Shown here: piece after piece, positions 35,731 to 50,282 of the stretch
Position numbering within the stretch: the stretch's first letter is position 1
Layout of the letters: each line of letters starts with the position of its first letter
Assembly: GCF_022045235.1 (NCBI RefSeq)
Contig: NW_027266270.1
Location: 1,736,001 to 1,800,000 of the forward strand
Source of the DNA: Haliotis cracherodii
Taxonomy: Eukaryota
Direction: 5' to 3'
DNA: 64,000 nucleotides
Translations under genes and position numbers: made by a program
Notes under the pieces: generated by a model
Told to the model about the DNA's origin: nothing
Databases searched by the model: none
The model's input: only the letters and a program-made list of their open reading frames with translations

Positions 35731-36771
35731 ACATAGTCCAGGGCGACACAGCATGTAGACTGTGTGTGCTGCGCCTGTCTGCCATCCTGTGTGCTTGCAA
35801 GTGTTTGATATTTGTCTAGCAAAATGATGGTGCTCTAAAAATAATGACGTCTGGATTGGACAATCCAGTGATATTATGAGCAACGATCCATGCCGTCGCA
35901 GTACGATGACATGCAACAAACCCAGTCACTGTGCCTTACCTATCAAGTTGCCTCTGTGACCACCAGTATGGGTTGCTGGGGACCAATTCTAACACAGAAT
36001 CTCCCGGGGACATGGCTATCTTGCTGACCAATTAGTGTTTGTAGTTAATGGGTGCTTGAGGATTGCTGCTAGGGCTGGGACCCCCGAATCATTAACTTTC
36101 ATTGGGGTTATGACAAGGACTTCTCAAGTTCAAACAGTGCCAAGGATCATAATCTGGCTAACTCAAGGATTCAAACCCATTGCGAAAGGAAGGGAACTGC
36201 ACATCAATTATAGCACCTTACGCTACTGGTGTTCCCACTGGGCAACTTACACCTTCCAGATATGACACACTCATCAAAGGTCTTGGCTTCTGCCCTGAAG
36301 CAGATATAGATGTATTTTAAGCTTGATGGATTTCATTATTGTCAGGTCAACCTAACCAAATTGTTTAGCTCCATACAGCAGTTTAACACTTTCAAAACAC
36401 AGTCTGTCACTGATATTCCAAATACCATATGCAAAGCAAGCACTTTAAGAGTGATCCTATTTCCTGTTTGTTACATTCACAAGTGTATAGCTATCATGTA
36501 GTTGGCTGTATAAGCCAATCAAGGTTCTGTACACCTAGCTCATCATGCTGGGGTGTTGAGAGAGTGAACTAGTTTGGTTTTACACCACTTTCAACAGTAT
36601 TCCAGTTATATCACAGCTTGTCAGCTTAATACGCAAGGAAAGCCCAAAGTGATGCAGGTCTCAGACGTTTACCACATTGGTAAAACCGGCACAAGCACGG
36701 GCTGCTGACAAACCTAGAAACCTCGAAACTGGGATACGCACCCACTGTCACAGGTTCCTGGCGTGCCTAAG

Positions 36772-36926
36772 CAGGGGTAGAAACGAACATATTCAGTCCA
36801 CTAGTCCTTATAATGATGACATTTAGCAAAACCCTTTAAAATGGCAAATATCTACTAGTCCTTATGATACCTTCACTATTGGGCAGTTTGGCAAGGACTA
36901 CAGGACTAGTGCCAATTTCTAACCCT
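36772..36926. mobile_element. ~155-bp MITE with CAG...CTG termini (copies at 2256-2411, 12630-12769, 34787-34940; fragments near 20635, 24190)
   Basis: TIR caggggtagaaa/tttctaaccctg; dispersed copies in both orientations; apparent 5-bp TSD; this copy interrupts a SINE-C fragment. Confidence 0.82.
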
Positions 36927-37134
36927 GTTAAGGGACGCAACTAGATGAGAGGAAGAGCCCATTGAGAAGCATGACATTGCAGTGCTAGAAACTAACATAT
37001 TAACAGAAACTAACATACTAACGCTGCACTGAGTGTTGGAAATAAAGGGGGATCCTGGAATCATTTGTTCCTGAAGTGTTGGAATCCTCATGTAACATGA
37101 TGAAAACATACTCCTCCACTGCAATGTACAGTGC

Positions 37135-37870
37135 TTGTTTGGAGTTTAATGTCACACCAAACAAATGTCAAGCTATATCACCAAGCCTGTAAGTAACCAA
37201 GCCTGGACCAGACAATCCAGTGACTGATACTAGAAGCAATGTCTGACTGTGTCATTTGTTTTTGTTTGTTTGTTGTTTAACACTGCACTAATCCAAATTC
37301 CAGCAATATGACAGTGGTCTGTAAATAATCAAGTTTGGACCAGACAATCCAGTGGTCGATATCATGAGCAGCGTTTGTTTGTTTGTAACGCCGCACTCAG
37401 CAATATTCCAGCTATATGACGGCGGTCTGTAAAATAATCGAGTCTGGACCAGACAATCCAGTGATTGACATCATGAGCATCGATCCACGCAATTGGGGTT
37501 GATGACATGTATCAACCAAGTCATGCAATTGAAATGTGATGACATGCATCAACCAAGTCAGCAAGACTGACAACCTGATCCCGATAGTCACCTCTTACGA
37601 CAAGCATAGTCGCCTTTTATGGCAAGTATGAGTTGCTGAAGGCCTTTTCTAAACCGGACTGCCGACAGTGTCCGAGTAAGAGAACCTGTCAAGCAAGTCA
37701 CAGAGTCTGACATCCAACTGTGTTGCCTCTTTCAACAAGTAATAGTCACGATAGCTGTTTGTTTGTTGTTTAACTCTGCACTCCACAATATCCCAGCATT
37801 ATGATGATGGCTTGTAAATAATCCAGAATAGACGAGAAAAAACAATGATTGATATTCAAGCAACATCACC
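37135..37870 (-). mobile_element. Cluster of family B copies and fragments, all co-oriented
   Basis: Repeated ggaccagacaatccagtga / cagcaatattcc motifs. Confidence 0.8.
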
Positions 37871-38985
37871 TGTCGTGACATGAAATCAACAAAATCAGCT
37901 TGTTGACAAGTGCAGCACAAGCGTAGGTTACAGAGTGTATTGTAAAGGCACCACGTTAAACTCCATTTATTTACTAATCACTTAATTTCACTTAACGAAT
38001 CATGGTCGACATACTTGTCCTACATAACCCGACGAGCTACCCGTGACCATGACAACCAATATCAACAATGCCTCCCCTCACAGCAGCAAGTTAATTGCTA
38101 AATTAACAAGCCCTGTCCTACAGCTAATTGTGTGTAATCCAGGTGGGTGTGTCTACTGTGACACAAGACCCATGCCTCAAGACCGTGTACCGTCACCCAC
38201 GTTTATACTGTACATGGGTCATGTACACTTAATTGAGTGGAATGAGGTCTTAATCACTGGGATACAAATTAAGTAAGATTAACTATACTTGAATTCTACA
38301 GAGTATTTCCTTAGACCCTGTTGTAAACAGTGTAGTTAACACAACGGAAATACAAAACTGTTTCTGGGTTGCTGGCGATCTATTAGCCGGAGGTTTATAT
38401 AATTATATATAGTTTTAAATATTCTTTCAAACCAGTCTTAATTCCAAATCTGTGATGTTACTAGTTATTTTACTGTCCTTTGATGACAGGGTTTTAGAAA
38501 AAATATATATGCATTACTCAGTCTGGTAAAAATATGGCTGAAATTTTGCCGATGCAGCTTAAAAACTCCCTCACCGACTGGCTTGTGTTGGGAGTCAGTT
38601 GAGACTTACCACATGGGAAGAAGTGTCCCAAGTAACCCAGTCTAGGGAGTCAAGAGTCTAACAAACTTCTTCTTGTCTCATGTATCTGCTAAAGGTATGT
38701 TACCTGAAGCAAGTATTTTGGGGAGGGCCTTACCAGTGTTCCCAGGGCTACTGAAGCTCTGTTGACATGGAGTGTTGAAAGCTTTCCGCAATGTTTTCCA
38801 ACACAAGTATGTACCTCATTTACAAAAGATAATTGTAGGTTGTTTCTGTACCGGGAATAAGAAGTTAATAGGGAACTCAGTATGATGTTGGGTGATGACA
38901 AAACAAAGTGGACAAACGCAGCATAACTGTTCAGATGTCCTCGTTGGTTTGTTCACCCATTGGTAATAATATCCATTAAGGTCAA

Positions 38986-39797
38986 TAGATGGATGGATTG
39001 GTGGATGGGGGGTGCATGGGTGCATGGATGGATGGGAGGCTGCATGGGTAGATGGATGGATAGATAGATGGTACTGGATGGGTGGATGGATTGGGGGTAC
39101 ATGGATGGATGGGTGGATGGATGGATGTATATATGGAAGGATGCATGAATGGATGGGAGGGTGCATGCATGGATGAATGGATAGATAGATGGTACTAGAT
39201 GGGTGGATGGATTGGGGGTACATGGATGGATGGGTGGATGGATGGATGTATATATGGAAGGATGCATGAATGGATGGACGGTGCATTGCATGGATGGGAG
39301 GGTGCATGCATGGATGAATGGATAGATGGATGGTACTACATGGGTGGATGGATGGATGGATTAGGGGTACATAGATGGATGGGTGGATGGATGGATGGAT
39401 ATATGGAAGGATGCATGAATGGATGGACGGTGCATTGCATAGATNNNNNNNNNNNNNNNNNNNNNNNNNNNNNNNNNNNNNNNNNNNNNNNNNNNNNNNN
39501 NNNNNNNNNNNNNNNNNNNNNNNNNNNNNNNNNNNNNNNNNNNNNNNNNNNNNNNNNNNNNNNNNNNNNNNNNNNNNNGATGGGAGGGTGCATTGCATAG
39601 ATTGGTGGGTGGATAGATAGATGGGAGTGTGGATGGGTGTGTGGATGGGTGTGTGGATTGATGGGTGGATGGATGGGAGGGTGGATGGGAGGGTGCATGG
39701 GCTGGAGGTTGGAGGGTGGGTGGATGAATGATAGATAGATGGACAGGAGGGTGGATAGATGGATGGATGGAAGGATGGATGGATGACAGATGGATAG
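38986..39797. repeat. Compound (GGAT)n-rich satellite containing an assembly gap (39445-39578)
   Basis: ggat/gggt/agat units with longer-period duplication; N run. Confidence 0.93.
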
Positions 39798-40005
39798 TGA
39801 ACAGCAAGGGTTACAGTTTTTATCACTGAGTCCGACAAGACAATGACCAGTGACCACATTACTGTAAAATTAAATATATAAGAGTGTTGTTGTTGAAGAA
39901 ATCTATGCACAAAATAAGTTCTTATGGATATTTTTAGGTACAGGGTATGTAAATGAACAGGACTGCGTATTCATGGTGGTAAAAAAATAAAGTGATCTCT
40001 CACTA

Positions 40006-40184
40006 CAGTGATCCCTCGCAACAACGATGACGACGACACCTTTGGGGTCCCAATAATTGATGAGTGTTTACATAAAGAGACGATGAACCGAGTGGTGGAG
40101 TTGCAGGGGGTAGATGACCAACAACAGTACATAGCCTCACCTCACACCCTGCATTTCAGTGTTTGAAAAGGGATTACGATACTG
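40006..40184. mobile_element. Tc1/mariner-type MITE (partial copy nested at ~61095-61146)
   Basis: TA-cagtgatccct...agggattacgatactg-TA; homologous 5' end inside the 60953 element. Confidence 0.6.
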
Positions 40185-41574
40185 TAGTTGTTTGTTATTC
40201 AATGGTAAATAAAAATTATCGAGTATTAGGCGCAGTAAAAAAGCTGGATTAACACAACTAGTTCTAATAAATTCTAGGGAGAATTAGACAGTCATCCACT
40301 CAACTGAAGCAATGCTGTATTTAAAATGATGTCTCTCGGCAAGTGGACAGTCATTGTTGTTCAATAGTATGCCTGTATGTAATTTCTAACCTACAGATTG
40401 ATTGCAAGTCATCAATATTCTGGCAAGTCCAGATTTCTTCAGTTTCCGTTTGAAAATGACGGGATTCCATTCATATGTATATTTAAAGACAATTTAACAA
40501 AATTATTTTTAAATATTTATTAAAAGAAAAAATGTAAGTCTATTGTCCACATTACCATTAATCAGCAGTGTCTGAAGTAAAGCAAGAAGGTCACAGGGTC
40601 CTGATGTTGGACATTGCAGATTTAGGGGCTGGAGGTCAATTAAGATTCAAATAATACAAACTTCAAGGACCTAAGAACCCCTATTAATTTCAAACAGTAT
40701 TACTGATTATTAATAAGGAACAGAAAGATCAAGTCATTTTCCTCGCAGCACAAGTAACCAACCCTAATGTTATCTTGTAATACATGTAGCTACACATTAC
40801 TGAGGTAATATTATCATCCCAAATATTAACATGCTAGATCATCACATGCAGCAATACAATATTGCAAATCAAAAATAATTCCATGTTGCCCTTTACATGA
40901 TATTCAGTGATTGCCTGAGCGTACGCTCATTACAATATCCATAGTGCTATGATTAATCAATGCTCATATTCTGTTCACTTCAAAGGTCACACCAACCTTC
41001 TGTACCCAAATTAACAGTATAACATGGATGACTTTTGACACTGAGTGTTCAACACGGCATCACAACCTGTCTCAATCACAGCTAACCATCTGTAAACACA
41101 TTAAACACGGGTCAGGTCATCTCTGACATAAGGTGCACAACGCAATTGCTGCTGCTATCACAAGCACTTTGACTGTGTACTTCCTGAACCTGGTAATATG
41201 CCTGCAAACATGGAGGGCTGGGGAAAAACCCGTGTTAAACACTGCGATGTGCAGCAAGTTCAAGTGTGTGATAAAAGCCATATTGCAAACTGGGATTACA
41301 TATACAGGCATTCTGGAGACAGATGGTATTAGAATAGTTTCATAATTTTATCAAGTTTTGATGTAACATTTTTCTGTATGATTACCAAATTTGTAAAAGA
41401 TCTTAACATGCTTAAGGACATTTTGGAAGATATCATCAATCAACGTCCTAGCAAATGACCTAATTTGAAACCTGATGATCTATATAGCTTGGTCTGAACT
41501 GAAATTAAGGTCACTGTGAGATTCAAGTACTATAGAAGGCTTTGAGGATCTGCTAAGTGTGGACCACAATGGGT

Positions 41575-41919
41575 TAGGGCTGGGACGATACACCAACTGA
41601 GAGATCACGATTTCTTGCTCACGATCCAATACATCATGATACTTGCACATGCTCTTATCGCTGAGGCATAAGCCACCTTTATCATAGACAGGATGGCCAA
41701 ATACCTGGCACACTAACAATTTACTATTGGCAATGTCAATTATGGCGCAATGGATGTAAATATTTACTATTTTCACAAGTAATTAGTGTTTGGTGTAACA
41801 TTTATTATAAAATACATTTAAGGTTAGAATCAATACTTTTTACTTAGTGTGCAATTGTGAATGATACTTGTATCGAGAAGTGAAAAATCGCGATCCATCG
41901 ACGCATCGTCCCACTACTT
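41575..41919. mobile_element. Non-autonomous hAT element
   Basis: TIR tagggctgggacgat; 8-bp TSD caatgggt/ctatgggt; inverted homologue at 52685-53066. Confidence 0.8.
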
Positions 41920-43278
41920 CTATGGGTTCTTGTTTGCAGCATATTGATATCAACCGGAGTGCTTCACTCATTGATCCTGTATCAGCCTGTGAGATACACA
42001 CAATGTGACACATGTGACCAGGGAGAACAGCGGGACTTTATGCCTCATTGTCTACGACTGTTATAGACCACTATCCCATCTCCAGCATTGAAGTAAATCT
42101 TATTTCACCATCCTAAGGGAAGCACTGAACAGTTGGACTTTCAGCCTGAGAGGGGTCCTTGTACACTGATGTGAAAAAGCTGAAGAATAAGAGGGGTCCC
42201 TGAAATCAGACACTCAGAAGCAAACATGGCCCCTTTAACATGTGTAAGTCCACTGAACATACATCTACTGGTAGACGAAATACGATCATACACCCTTAAT
42301 GTTTTGATGAGTTTAATACATAAGTGGTTTATACGAAATACGATGACACATCCTTATTGTTTCAATGGGCAAAATACATAAGTAGTTAATACTATAAGAG
42401 GGCACATCTTTAATGTTTCAATGTGCTTAATACATATGATTCATATTACAAAAACATATCACTGAGTGAAGTTATCTTACTTTCACTCCAATGGTAAACA
42501 AATGGTTATCTGATGGGCTCACAAAAAAAGCATGAAATACATGCTTCCAATTGTAACTATTCTTTTATTTATTTCCATCAGTATATAAACATCCAGAGTG
42601 CTACAGCTGTTGATAATACATAAAGATAATATTTCACAGATGAATTAAAGTTCCACAAACACTATCAATACAACACATTTGTTCCTCCCACCCCTGCCAG
42701 AGATGAGTGAGTGAGTGAGTGTGGTTTTATGCCGCTTAAAGCAATATTCCAAGAATATCACAGCAGGGGGAAAAGACAGAACATGTAATGCTGAGTGACA
42801 TACCATGCTCTCTCGAGACATGAGTGAACAGTGTGTGTAGTCAGTTTGGTGTTGAACGCCACACTCGGCAATAATGGAATCTGGATCAGGAATCCAGTGT
42901 TTAATATTGTGAGCAATGTTCCACACTATTGGGCAAAGACTGGCATGGTGCTGATGAATGAACACTTACAACAACTATAAGGAATGACTAAAACAAAGTG
43001 CTTCAAGACACAGATTGACTGAAGAGAACATATGTGAGTGAGTGAGCGAGTGGTTGCTGAGTAAGTGGTTGGGGGTTGAGTGAGCGGTTGAGTGAGCGGT
43101 TGTGTGAGTGAGTGAGTGAGCCCTGCCATATGACGTTAGAACATATATGAGCGTGCTAGGTAATAACCAACAAACATCTATCAGCCTTAATAGAGATAAG
43201 ATACAAAGACAACCAGGCTTCTGAGGATACCAACACCTAATTGGACTTGTAGCCTAGTGCACATTTCCATCCCTGAGA

Positions 43279-43473
43279 NNNNNNNNNNNNNNNNNNNNNN
43301 NNNNNNNNNNNNNNNNNNNNNNNNNNNNNNNNNNNNNNNNNNNNNNNNNNNNNNNNNNNNNNNNNNNNNNNNNNNNNNNNNNNNNNNNNNNNNNNNNNNN
43401 NNNNNNNNNNNNNNNNNNNNNNNNNNNNNNNNNNNNNNNNNNNNNNNNNNNNNNNNNNNNNNNNNNNNNNNNN
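43279..43473. other. Assembly gap
   Basis: Run of N. Confidence 1.
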
Positions 43474-44622
43474 TGCAAATGTAGACATGGTGTGAAGCTA
43501 TCTCCCAGGACAGATCATTATCTCATTGGCAGGCCGATCAATGCCACTTTTCTTCTGTCAGAATCAGTTCTGGATCTATCCATCACCTCAACTACTTCTA
43601 GTTCTATGCAGAACAGTGGGCTGGAGTGAGGAACTATACACTGGCAAACATGTCAGACTTGGTCCCTTCCTATGTTCATTTCAAACATGGTTTTCACAAC
43701 AACAAAACATCCTTAAATGATGAGTTTATCATAGTAATACCTTTTCCAGAAATTTATCAAACACTAGTCACCTGAGAACATCTGAAAGGAGAACAGATTA
43801 CTAAATCATCAGAGTATGTTTGTGTAATTTCACTGGTATCCATACTTATAAGTTATAAATAAAGAATGCACTATTCAAACCCTAACAAGAACCAAGTCAT
43901 TTAAAGTCTTTTACATCACCATTTCTGGATTTTGCAAGATTATGTCCAATCTAAAGCCTTTTCAAGGCATCCAAATGGAAGGCCCTTCCATCCTGAAAGT
44001 CCATACCCTGACAGGAACCTGTCAATGTATGGTAAGTAATGAATTCGGAGAATGCAGTTCCACCCTCACGTGCCTTCCTCCCCTTGTCCAGCCCTGCTAT
44101 AAATCTACTGTGTAAATTGCCTACACAGTTCCACGGCCCAATCAATTAACGGCCCCTGGTGTGTCAGCTGATGAATTGAAGGGCAACCAGAGATGGCCAG
44201 CCATTCATCTCAAGTGACCAGTTCCTGTTCCAGAAGGGGAAGAGTTCAAACACAACACCCTCCTGACAGTGCTCATCATCACGTTTTATGTAACTACGTA
44301 TGACATCCAGTCACATACTTGAAAACAATGACATAATCATGTGTTGAAGACAGCATTCAGTGATGATTAATTGATCTATTTGAAACTGGTTCAAAGCTTT
44401 GAACACTTGAGTGATCGTGGAAGCCAATTTTTCAATGATCAGATACAATGAATTATCATACCCCATCATCTATTAATATAAGGCTTGCTCCTTGTACATA
44501 TAACATCTCACACCATATTTGATCTAATAAGAGTGCTCTCCAGTGTGATGTATTATTATACTAGGTGTATGTTATGCTAAGCATAGTGAGATTTGAGGTC
44601 CACTTCCTCCTATACACTCATC

Positions 44623-45470
44623 ATGCTAATGTCCGCCTATGACTGCCTACCACTGCTAATGTCCGCCTATGACTGCCTACCACTGCTAATGTCCGCCTTT
44701 GACTGCCTACCACTGCTAATGTCCGCCTTTGACTGCCTACCACTGCTAATGTCCGCCTTTGACTGCCTACCACTGCTAATGTCCGCCTTTGACTGCTTAC
44801 CACTGCTTATGTCCGCCTTTGACTGCCTACCACTGCTAATGTCCGCCTATGACTGCCTACCACTGCTAATGTCCACCTATGACTGCCTACTGCTGCTAAT
44901 GTCCGCCTATGACTGCCTACCACTGCTTATGTCCGCCTATGACTGCTCATGTCTGCCTACCACTGCTCCTGACTGTCTATGACTGTTTTTGTCTGCTATC
45001 CCTGCTAATATCCGCCTACGACTGTTCATGTAGGCCTACGACTGATTATGTCCGCCTACGACTGCTCATGTCTGTTTACAACTGCTAATGTCTGCCTATG
45101 ACTGCTTATGTCTGCCTATGACCGCTCACGTCGGCCTACAACTGCTTATGTCCGCCTACGACTGCTCAGGTCTGTTTACAACTGCTAATGTCTGTCTATG
45201 ACTGCTTATGTCTGCCTATGACTGCTCATGTCTGTTTACAACTGCTAATGTCTGTCTATGACAGTTTTCATCCGCTATCCCTGCTAATGTCCGCCTACGA
45301 CTGCTAATGTCAGACAGACTGTTCATGTCGGCCTACCACTGCTTATGTCTGTCTGACTGCTAATGTCTGCCTACCACTGTTCATGTCTGCCTATCACTGT
45401 TTATGTCTGCCTGACTGCTAATGTCTGCCTACCACTGTTCATATATGTCTGTCTGTGACTGCTTATAACT
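44623..45470. repeat. 30-bp minisatellite grading into a degenerate 20-bp array
   Basis: gactgcctaccactgctaatgtccgcctat ~11 copies, then actgcttatgtctgcctatg-type units. Confidence 0.92.
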
Positions 45471-46549
45471 GCTGATCACTGCTTACAACGAAGACATTTG
45501 TCTTCCAATACATTCTCTAGTCAATCTACTTTCAATTGGTTCCAGCAAAACAGAGGCCGTAGAATACGGACCATGTGCTCTACTGGAAGGTGTCATTTGT
45601 TCTGGAACAGGCAGCGCTGTGGTAAATATTACCGGTAATCACATCAGGCTAACATTATTACATGTATTAGCTACCCAGTATGGTATGAAAGGGTGACAAA
45701 TACAAGAATCTTTTCATGATGTCAGAATTCTGAATAATGTTGGCTGCATTTCTTTCATTAATTGGTCATCAGGACAACTGTATTCTAAAATCACTGAAAC
45801 CGATACAGCTTGATTTGGGCACATTTGACAGTAATCTAAGATAACATATTTCTACAGTTGGCCGCCTTGCTCTAAGGGTGTAAATCACCACTTAAATCAG
45901 AGACATTTCTGATTCGAAGGCAATTCAATAACTACAAAACAAAAACTGGGGACATTTGTTCAACATCTTATTTGAACTATAGTACCTAGTGTGATGATTC
46001 AGCCATAAAACCTTTACAACCTGAAGTGATGATCAAATTAAAATACTTTCAGTTGATCCCTTGAGTGTTCTCCTAGAATAACACCATCAAATCAATGTTA
46101 GAGTCATGAGGTGTGCTCGGCCATTCAGAGAAATCTGTAATATTCAGCTGATCAATAATACTGCCAGCGGAACATAAGAGTGGATGGGGGTATTGGAGGG
46201 AGGATGGGTATGAGTGTTGGTGGGAGCGTGGGTGGGTGGGTGGGTGGGTGGGTGAGTGAGTGAATAAGCTGATGAAGTGGTCGAGTTTAGGTTGTTAGGC
46301 GGTTAGTGAGTGAGTGAGTTGGTAAACATGGTTTTACACATGCAATCAGGGATTTGTGTCACACGTCTGAGATGAACTTCAAAAGCGCCAAGGAATAAAT
46401 TTCTAGATTCTCAAATTTCAGACTGAGTTACACCTTCTAATCCATTCACGGTAGCATTCTTTCCATGATACGGAGTTGCTTGAAATCAGAGTGATTAGGG
46501 TCTACACTGCCCTAAACAGCATTATATCACAGTGTGTCAGCAGACTGTC

Positions 46550-46710
46550 AGAGGAAAGCCCACAGTGACACCTGTAATGCAGTGTGAATATGGTACAGTT
46601 GGTAGGGACCGGGATTCAAACACACAATCATAGGTTTCTGGTGTGCCCAAGGGACGCAACTCTGCACAGCGAATCGTGGCGCCTTAAACGACTGGGCCCC
46701 CCGTGCCCCC
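46550..46710 (-). mobile_element. Older tRNA-derived SINE family C (fragments also near 235-372, 2176, 21145, 24945, 36636, 49830)
   Basis: Minus strand GGCCCAGTCGTTTAAGGCG...GTTTGAATCCC A/B-box-like motifs; shared ggaaagccc.aagtgatgc and aagggacgcaact motifs. Confidence 0.6.
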
Positions 46711-46899
46711 TGAAAGGAGCTTAGAGACTTTCTTCACATTTTCAGATACTGCAGTATAACAGACTAGTAGTCATACTCATCGGGTATTAATACTTTTTCT
46801 TTGGATACTCAATATATGTTTACCCCTTGGAATATTTTAAACCAATGATCCATATGTTTAAAAATTCAGCATAAAGTGTTCGGTGCTGCCCCATACTGA

Positions 46900-47155
46900 A
46901 GCACATGTACCACATGTGGTGTCTCCTTCTGCAAGTGACTTTGTTCGAAATGTGCATCTGTTCACCCAGCAGTGAATGGGTACCTGGTAGGATGAGATGG
47001 TAATGTGACTATTTTACCTTCTACTAGCGCCTCACGGGCAACTTGGGTTGTACACTCCCCAGGGAGCTGAGAATGAAAATCGAGTGCTCACTAATCCATT
47101 GACTTGGTGAATGAAATCTGGCGCATTAGAAATGCACTTATTATTATTATTATTT
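46900..47155 (+). mobile_element. Deu/Nin- or CORE-like domain SINE fragment with (TTA)n tail
   Basis: gttcacccagcagtgaatgggtacc and ctccccagggagctgag motifs; gcgcattagaaatgcac(tta)n end. Confidence 0.6.
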
Positions 47156-48424
47156 GTTTCATGTGACTTCTCATTTGCATCTATATTCATGTACTGCCCC
47201 AAGTGTATCACCTCGTAAGTTAACAACAGCGACACCTAATTCATACAAAAAGAGCAGGACTTATTTCACACCTGTGTTTGAGCAGCAAATAACGATTGTA
47301 AGGACATACAGGCATGCAAGCCGAAAAGGAAAGATTAGGTAAGTAACTCCAAAGTAATTGGGTAATGGTGATTTTTTTGCGTATTTTACGTAGATACGCA
47401 GCTTATCAGGGGCTCTCAAGATCACCATGGCCCAACATCCAGACACAATGAAACAGTCGCAATGTTCAGGTCGACTAAAGCTACCTTCGAGAGTGGATTC
47501 CAGTCTGTGACTTAGTCACTAGTCAGAAGGCCGAGTCCCGTAATGTTTCTTTCTGCCTCACAAGCTCTGCTAATAAATAGTCCATATATTAACACTAAAA
47601 TCTACTGAAAAAGATGCCAAAAGACAAGTTCGGGTTAGTAGATTCGAAACCTTTTGGCAAAGACTGTGATACACATTTGCTATTTCTGTGCGAACCTACT
47701 CGTGCTCGAGATCGAGTGTTTACACACTTACCATCAAATATGTGTGGAGATGCAAGTTTCATAAGTACAGCAGGAGTCAGGCTCTTATGGTAACATTCTA
47801 AGGAAAGGGAAAGTGTTTGATACTTCAAGTAGTTATCCAGACAGATGGCAAGAAATACAGATGTAAGAGAAACACGGAGACGGTTTCCACCAAGTTCTCT
47901 CATGGTCTCAAATAAACCACAAACTGTCTCATATACTCGAACATTTATGCAGCCTGTGACTTCAGCCTCTCTTAGTCTGAAGCCCAGGATTAATACCCCG
48001 TTTTTGGTCAGCTGCACTCAGCTTATATTAGTTCAAAAGACACTAAAACCTGAAGAAAATGATGCAAAGAGACAATTTTGGGTTGAGACTAAAGAGGGTT
48101 TTAGCACCGATTGTTTAGATAAATAGTGTGGAGAGCCACTTAACCAAGATCATGTCTGCAAATAAAGATTCATTATTCAAACAAAAGTCTACAAACATCA
48201 ATATTTGTTTGTGTACAGAATTGACCTAGTTGAAGGTGAGAATGGCATGTGGTCCGCATCTAGGGCTCTTGCTCCACCGAGCAGGAGGAAGCTGGCAAAC
48301 ACAACATGCAGCCATCTATCTTGTAATGACAGCTCATACCAGGGTTATCTCCTGGCCATGATAATCTCACTACAGGTTGTCCACAACCTTGTACTCTTCA
48401 ATACAGTAGCCAAACCTGTGCATC

Positions 48425-49178
48425 AAGTATGGCCTTGGGAGGGAGAGATACAGAAGCATGGCCTTGGTAGGGAGAGATACAGAAGTATGGCCTTGGTAGG
48501 GAGAGATACAGAAGTATGGCCTTGGCAGGGAGAGATACAGAGATATGGCCTTGGCAGGGAGAGATACAGAAGTATGGCCTTGGCAGGGAGAGATACAGAG
48601 GCATGGCCTTGGCGGGGAGAGATACAGAGGCATGGCCTTGGCGGGGAGAGATACAGAGGCATGGCCTTGGTAGGGAGAGATACAGAGGCATGGCCTTGGT
48701 AGGGAGAGATACAGAGGCATGGCCTTGGTAGGGAGAGATACAGAGGCATGGCCTTGGTAGGGAGAGATACAGAGGCATGGCCTTGGTAGGGAGATATACA
48801 GAGGCATGGCCTTGGTAGGGAGAGTTACAGAAGTATGGCCTTGGGAGGGAGAGATACAGAGGCATGGCCTTGGTAGGGAAAGATACAGAGGCATGGCCTT
48901 GGTAGGGAGATATACAGAGGCATGGCCTTGGTAGGAAGAGTTACAGAAGTATGGCCTTGGTAGGGAGAGATACAGAGGCATGGCCTTGGTAGGGAGAGTT
49001 ACAGAAGTATGGCCTTGGGAGGGAGAGATACAGAGGCATGGCCTTGGTAGGGAAAGATACAGAGGCATGGCCTTGGTAGGGAGAGTTACAGAAGTATGGC
49101 CTTGGTAGGGAGAGATACAGAGGCATGGCCTTGGCAGGGAGAGATACAGAGGCATGGCCTTGGTAGGGAGAGATACAG
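48425..49178. repeat. 29-bp minisatellite
   Basis: ggccttggtagggagagatacagaggcat, ~26 copies. Confidence 0.96.
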
Positions 49179-50057
49179 TAGAATGACCTCTCTACATGCT
49201 GTTGTGACACCTGCCTTCAGAAGAATTGAAAGAATTGAATAGGTACACATATAACTGACGTAAGCAAAATCTAATGTCTTTCTTAACTGAATTTAAGCTT
49301 TATTCGTTGTCACAAGGTGTTTGTTTCAAAAGCCAGACAAACCATTTCTGGTTTTGACACCATGAAAGAGATGATTTTCCATTTATTTCAAGTTTCCAGC
49401 TCCCTGAAATTGGCCAACAGTGGCAGTGTTTGATTTGGATTGTGGAGAGGGAAGATCAACATGCAGCCAGCATTCTTCAATCTGCAGTCAGTGGCAACAA
49501 ACAGATCATGGTTTACACATTTAACTGACTCTATGACTCACAAAGCGCATGCACAAACATGGAGCAGCACAAACCTTTGTGAGGGCAAGTTTCAATAGGG
49601 GCATGCTGCCTCAGTGTTGACCAACTCACATGTAACAAGTAGACACAATGCTGAATTAAAGTGGCTACAAAACATTCAAATTGTTAATTATCCAACTTCT
49701 ATCATAACTTTGGAGAATGGTAGAATTGGAATGATCGATCAGGCTTCAAATCACAATAACATGCCTGACTGTCACAACTGTCAAACCACAAAAGAACACA
49801 TTTTAGAAAGCACTTCTACCTTTGCAAGAGGGAGGAAAGCCCGAAGTGATGCAGGTCTCAGACATTTACCACTTTGATGAAACCCACATGTGTATGATGC
49901 CTAAAAACCTAGAAACATAATTGGTCCCCCATGTTAAAAGTAAAAACTTTAAGGGGTCCCCTTGATTCAAATATGATAGAACAAATCCTCAAAGGCACAA
50001 GGATCCCTTTTAATTTCAAACACTGCTAAAATCCCAGTACAATCAACACCCACTTCT

Positions 50058-50282
50058 GTTTGTTTGTTGTTAATGCTGCACTCAGCAATATTCCAGTCAT
50101 TTGACTGAGATCTGTAAATAATGGAATCTGGATCAGACAATCTAGTGATTGACATCATGAGCATCAGTCTATGCAATTTAGAGACGATGACATGCAACAA
50201 CCAAGTCAGAGAGCCTCATCACCTGATCACGTTAGTCGCATCTTACGACAAGTTGCTAAAGACCAATTCTAACCAGGAATCT
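50058..50282 (-). mobile_element. SINE-like family B
   Basis: Homology to full-length copies. Confidence 0.8.

Noticed and set aside
47595-48126. 140-aa and 93-aa non-repetitive ORFs; also 53482-54105 and 60185-60634
   Set aside because: No recognisable domain or convincing splice signals; 53482-54105 runs through a SINE-B fragment.
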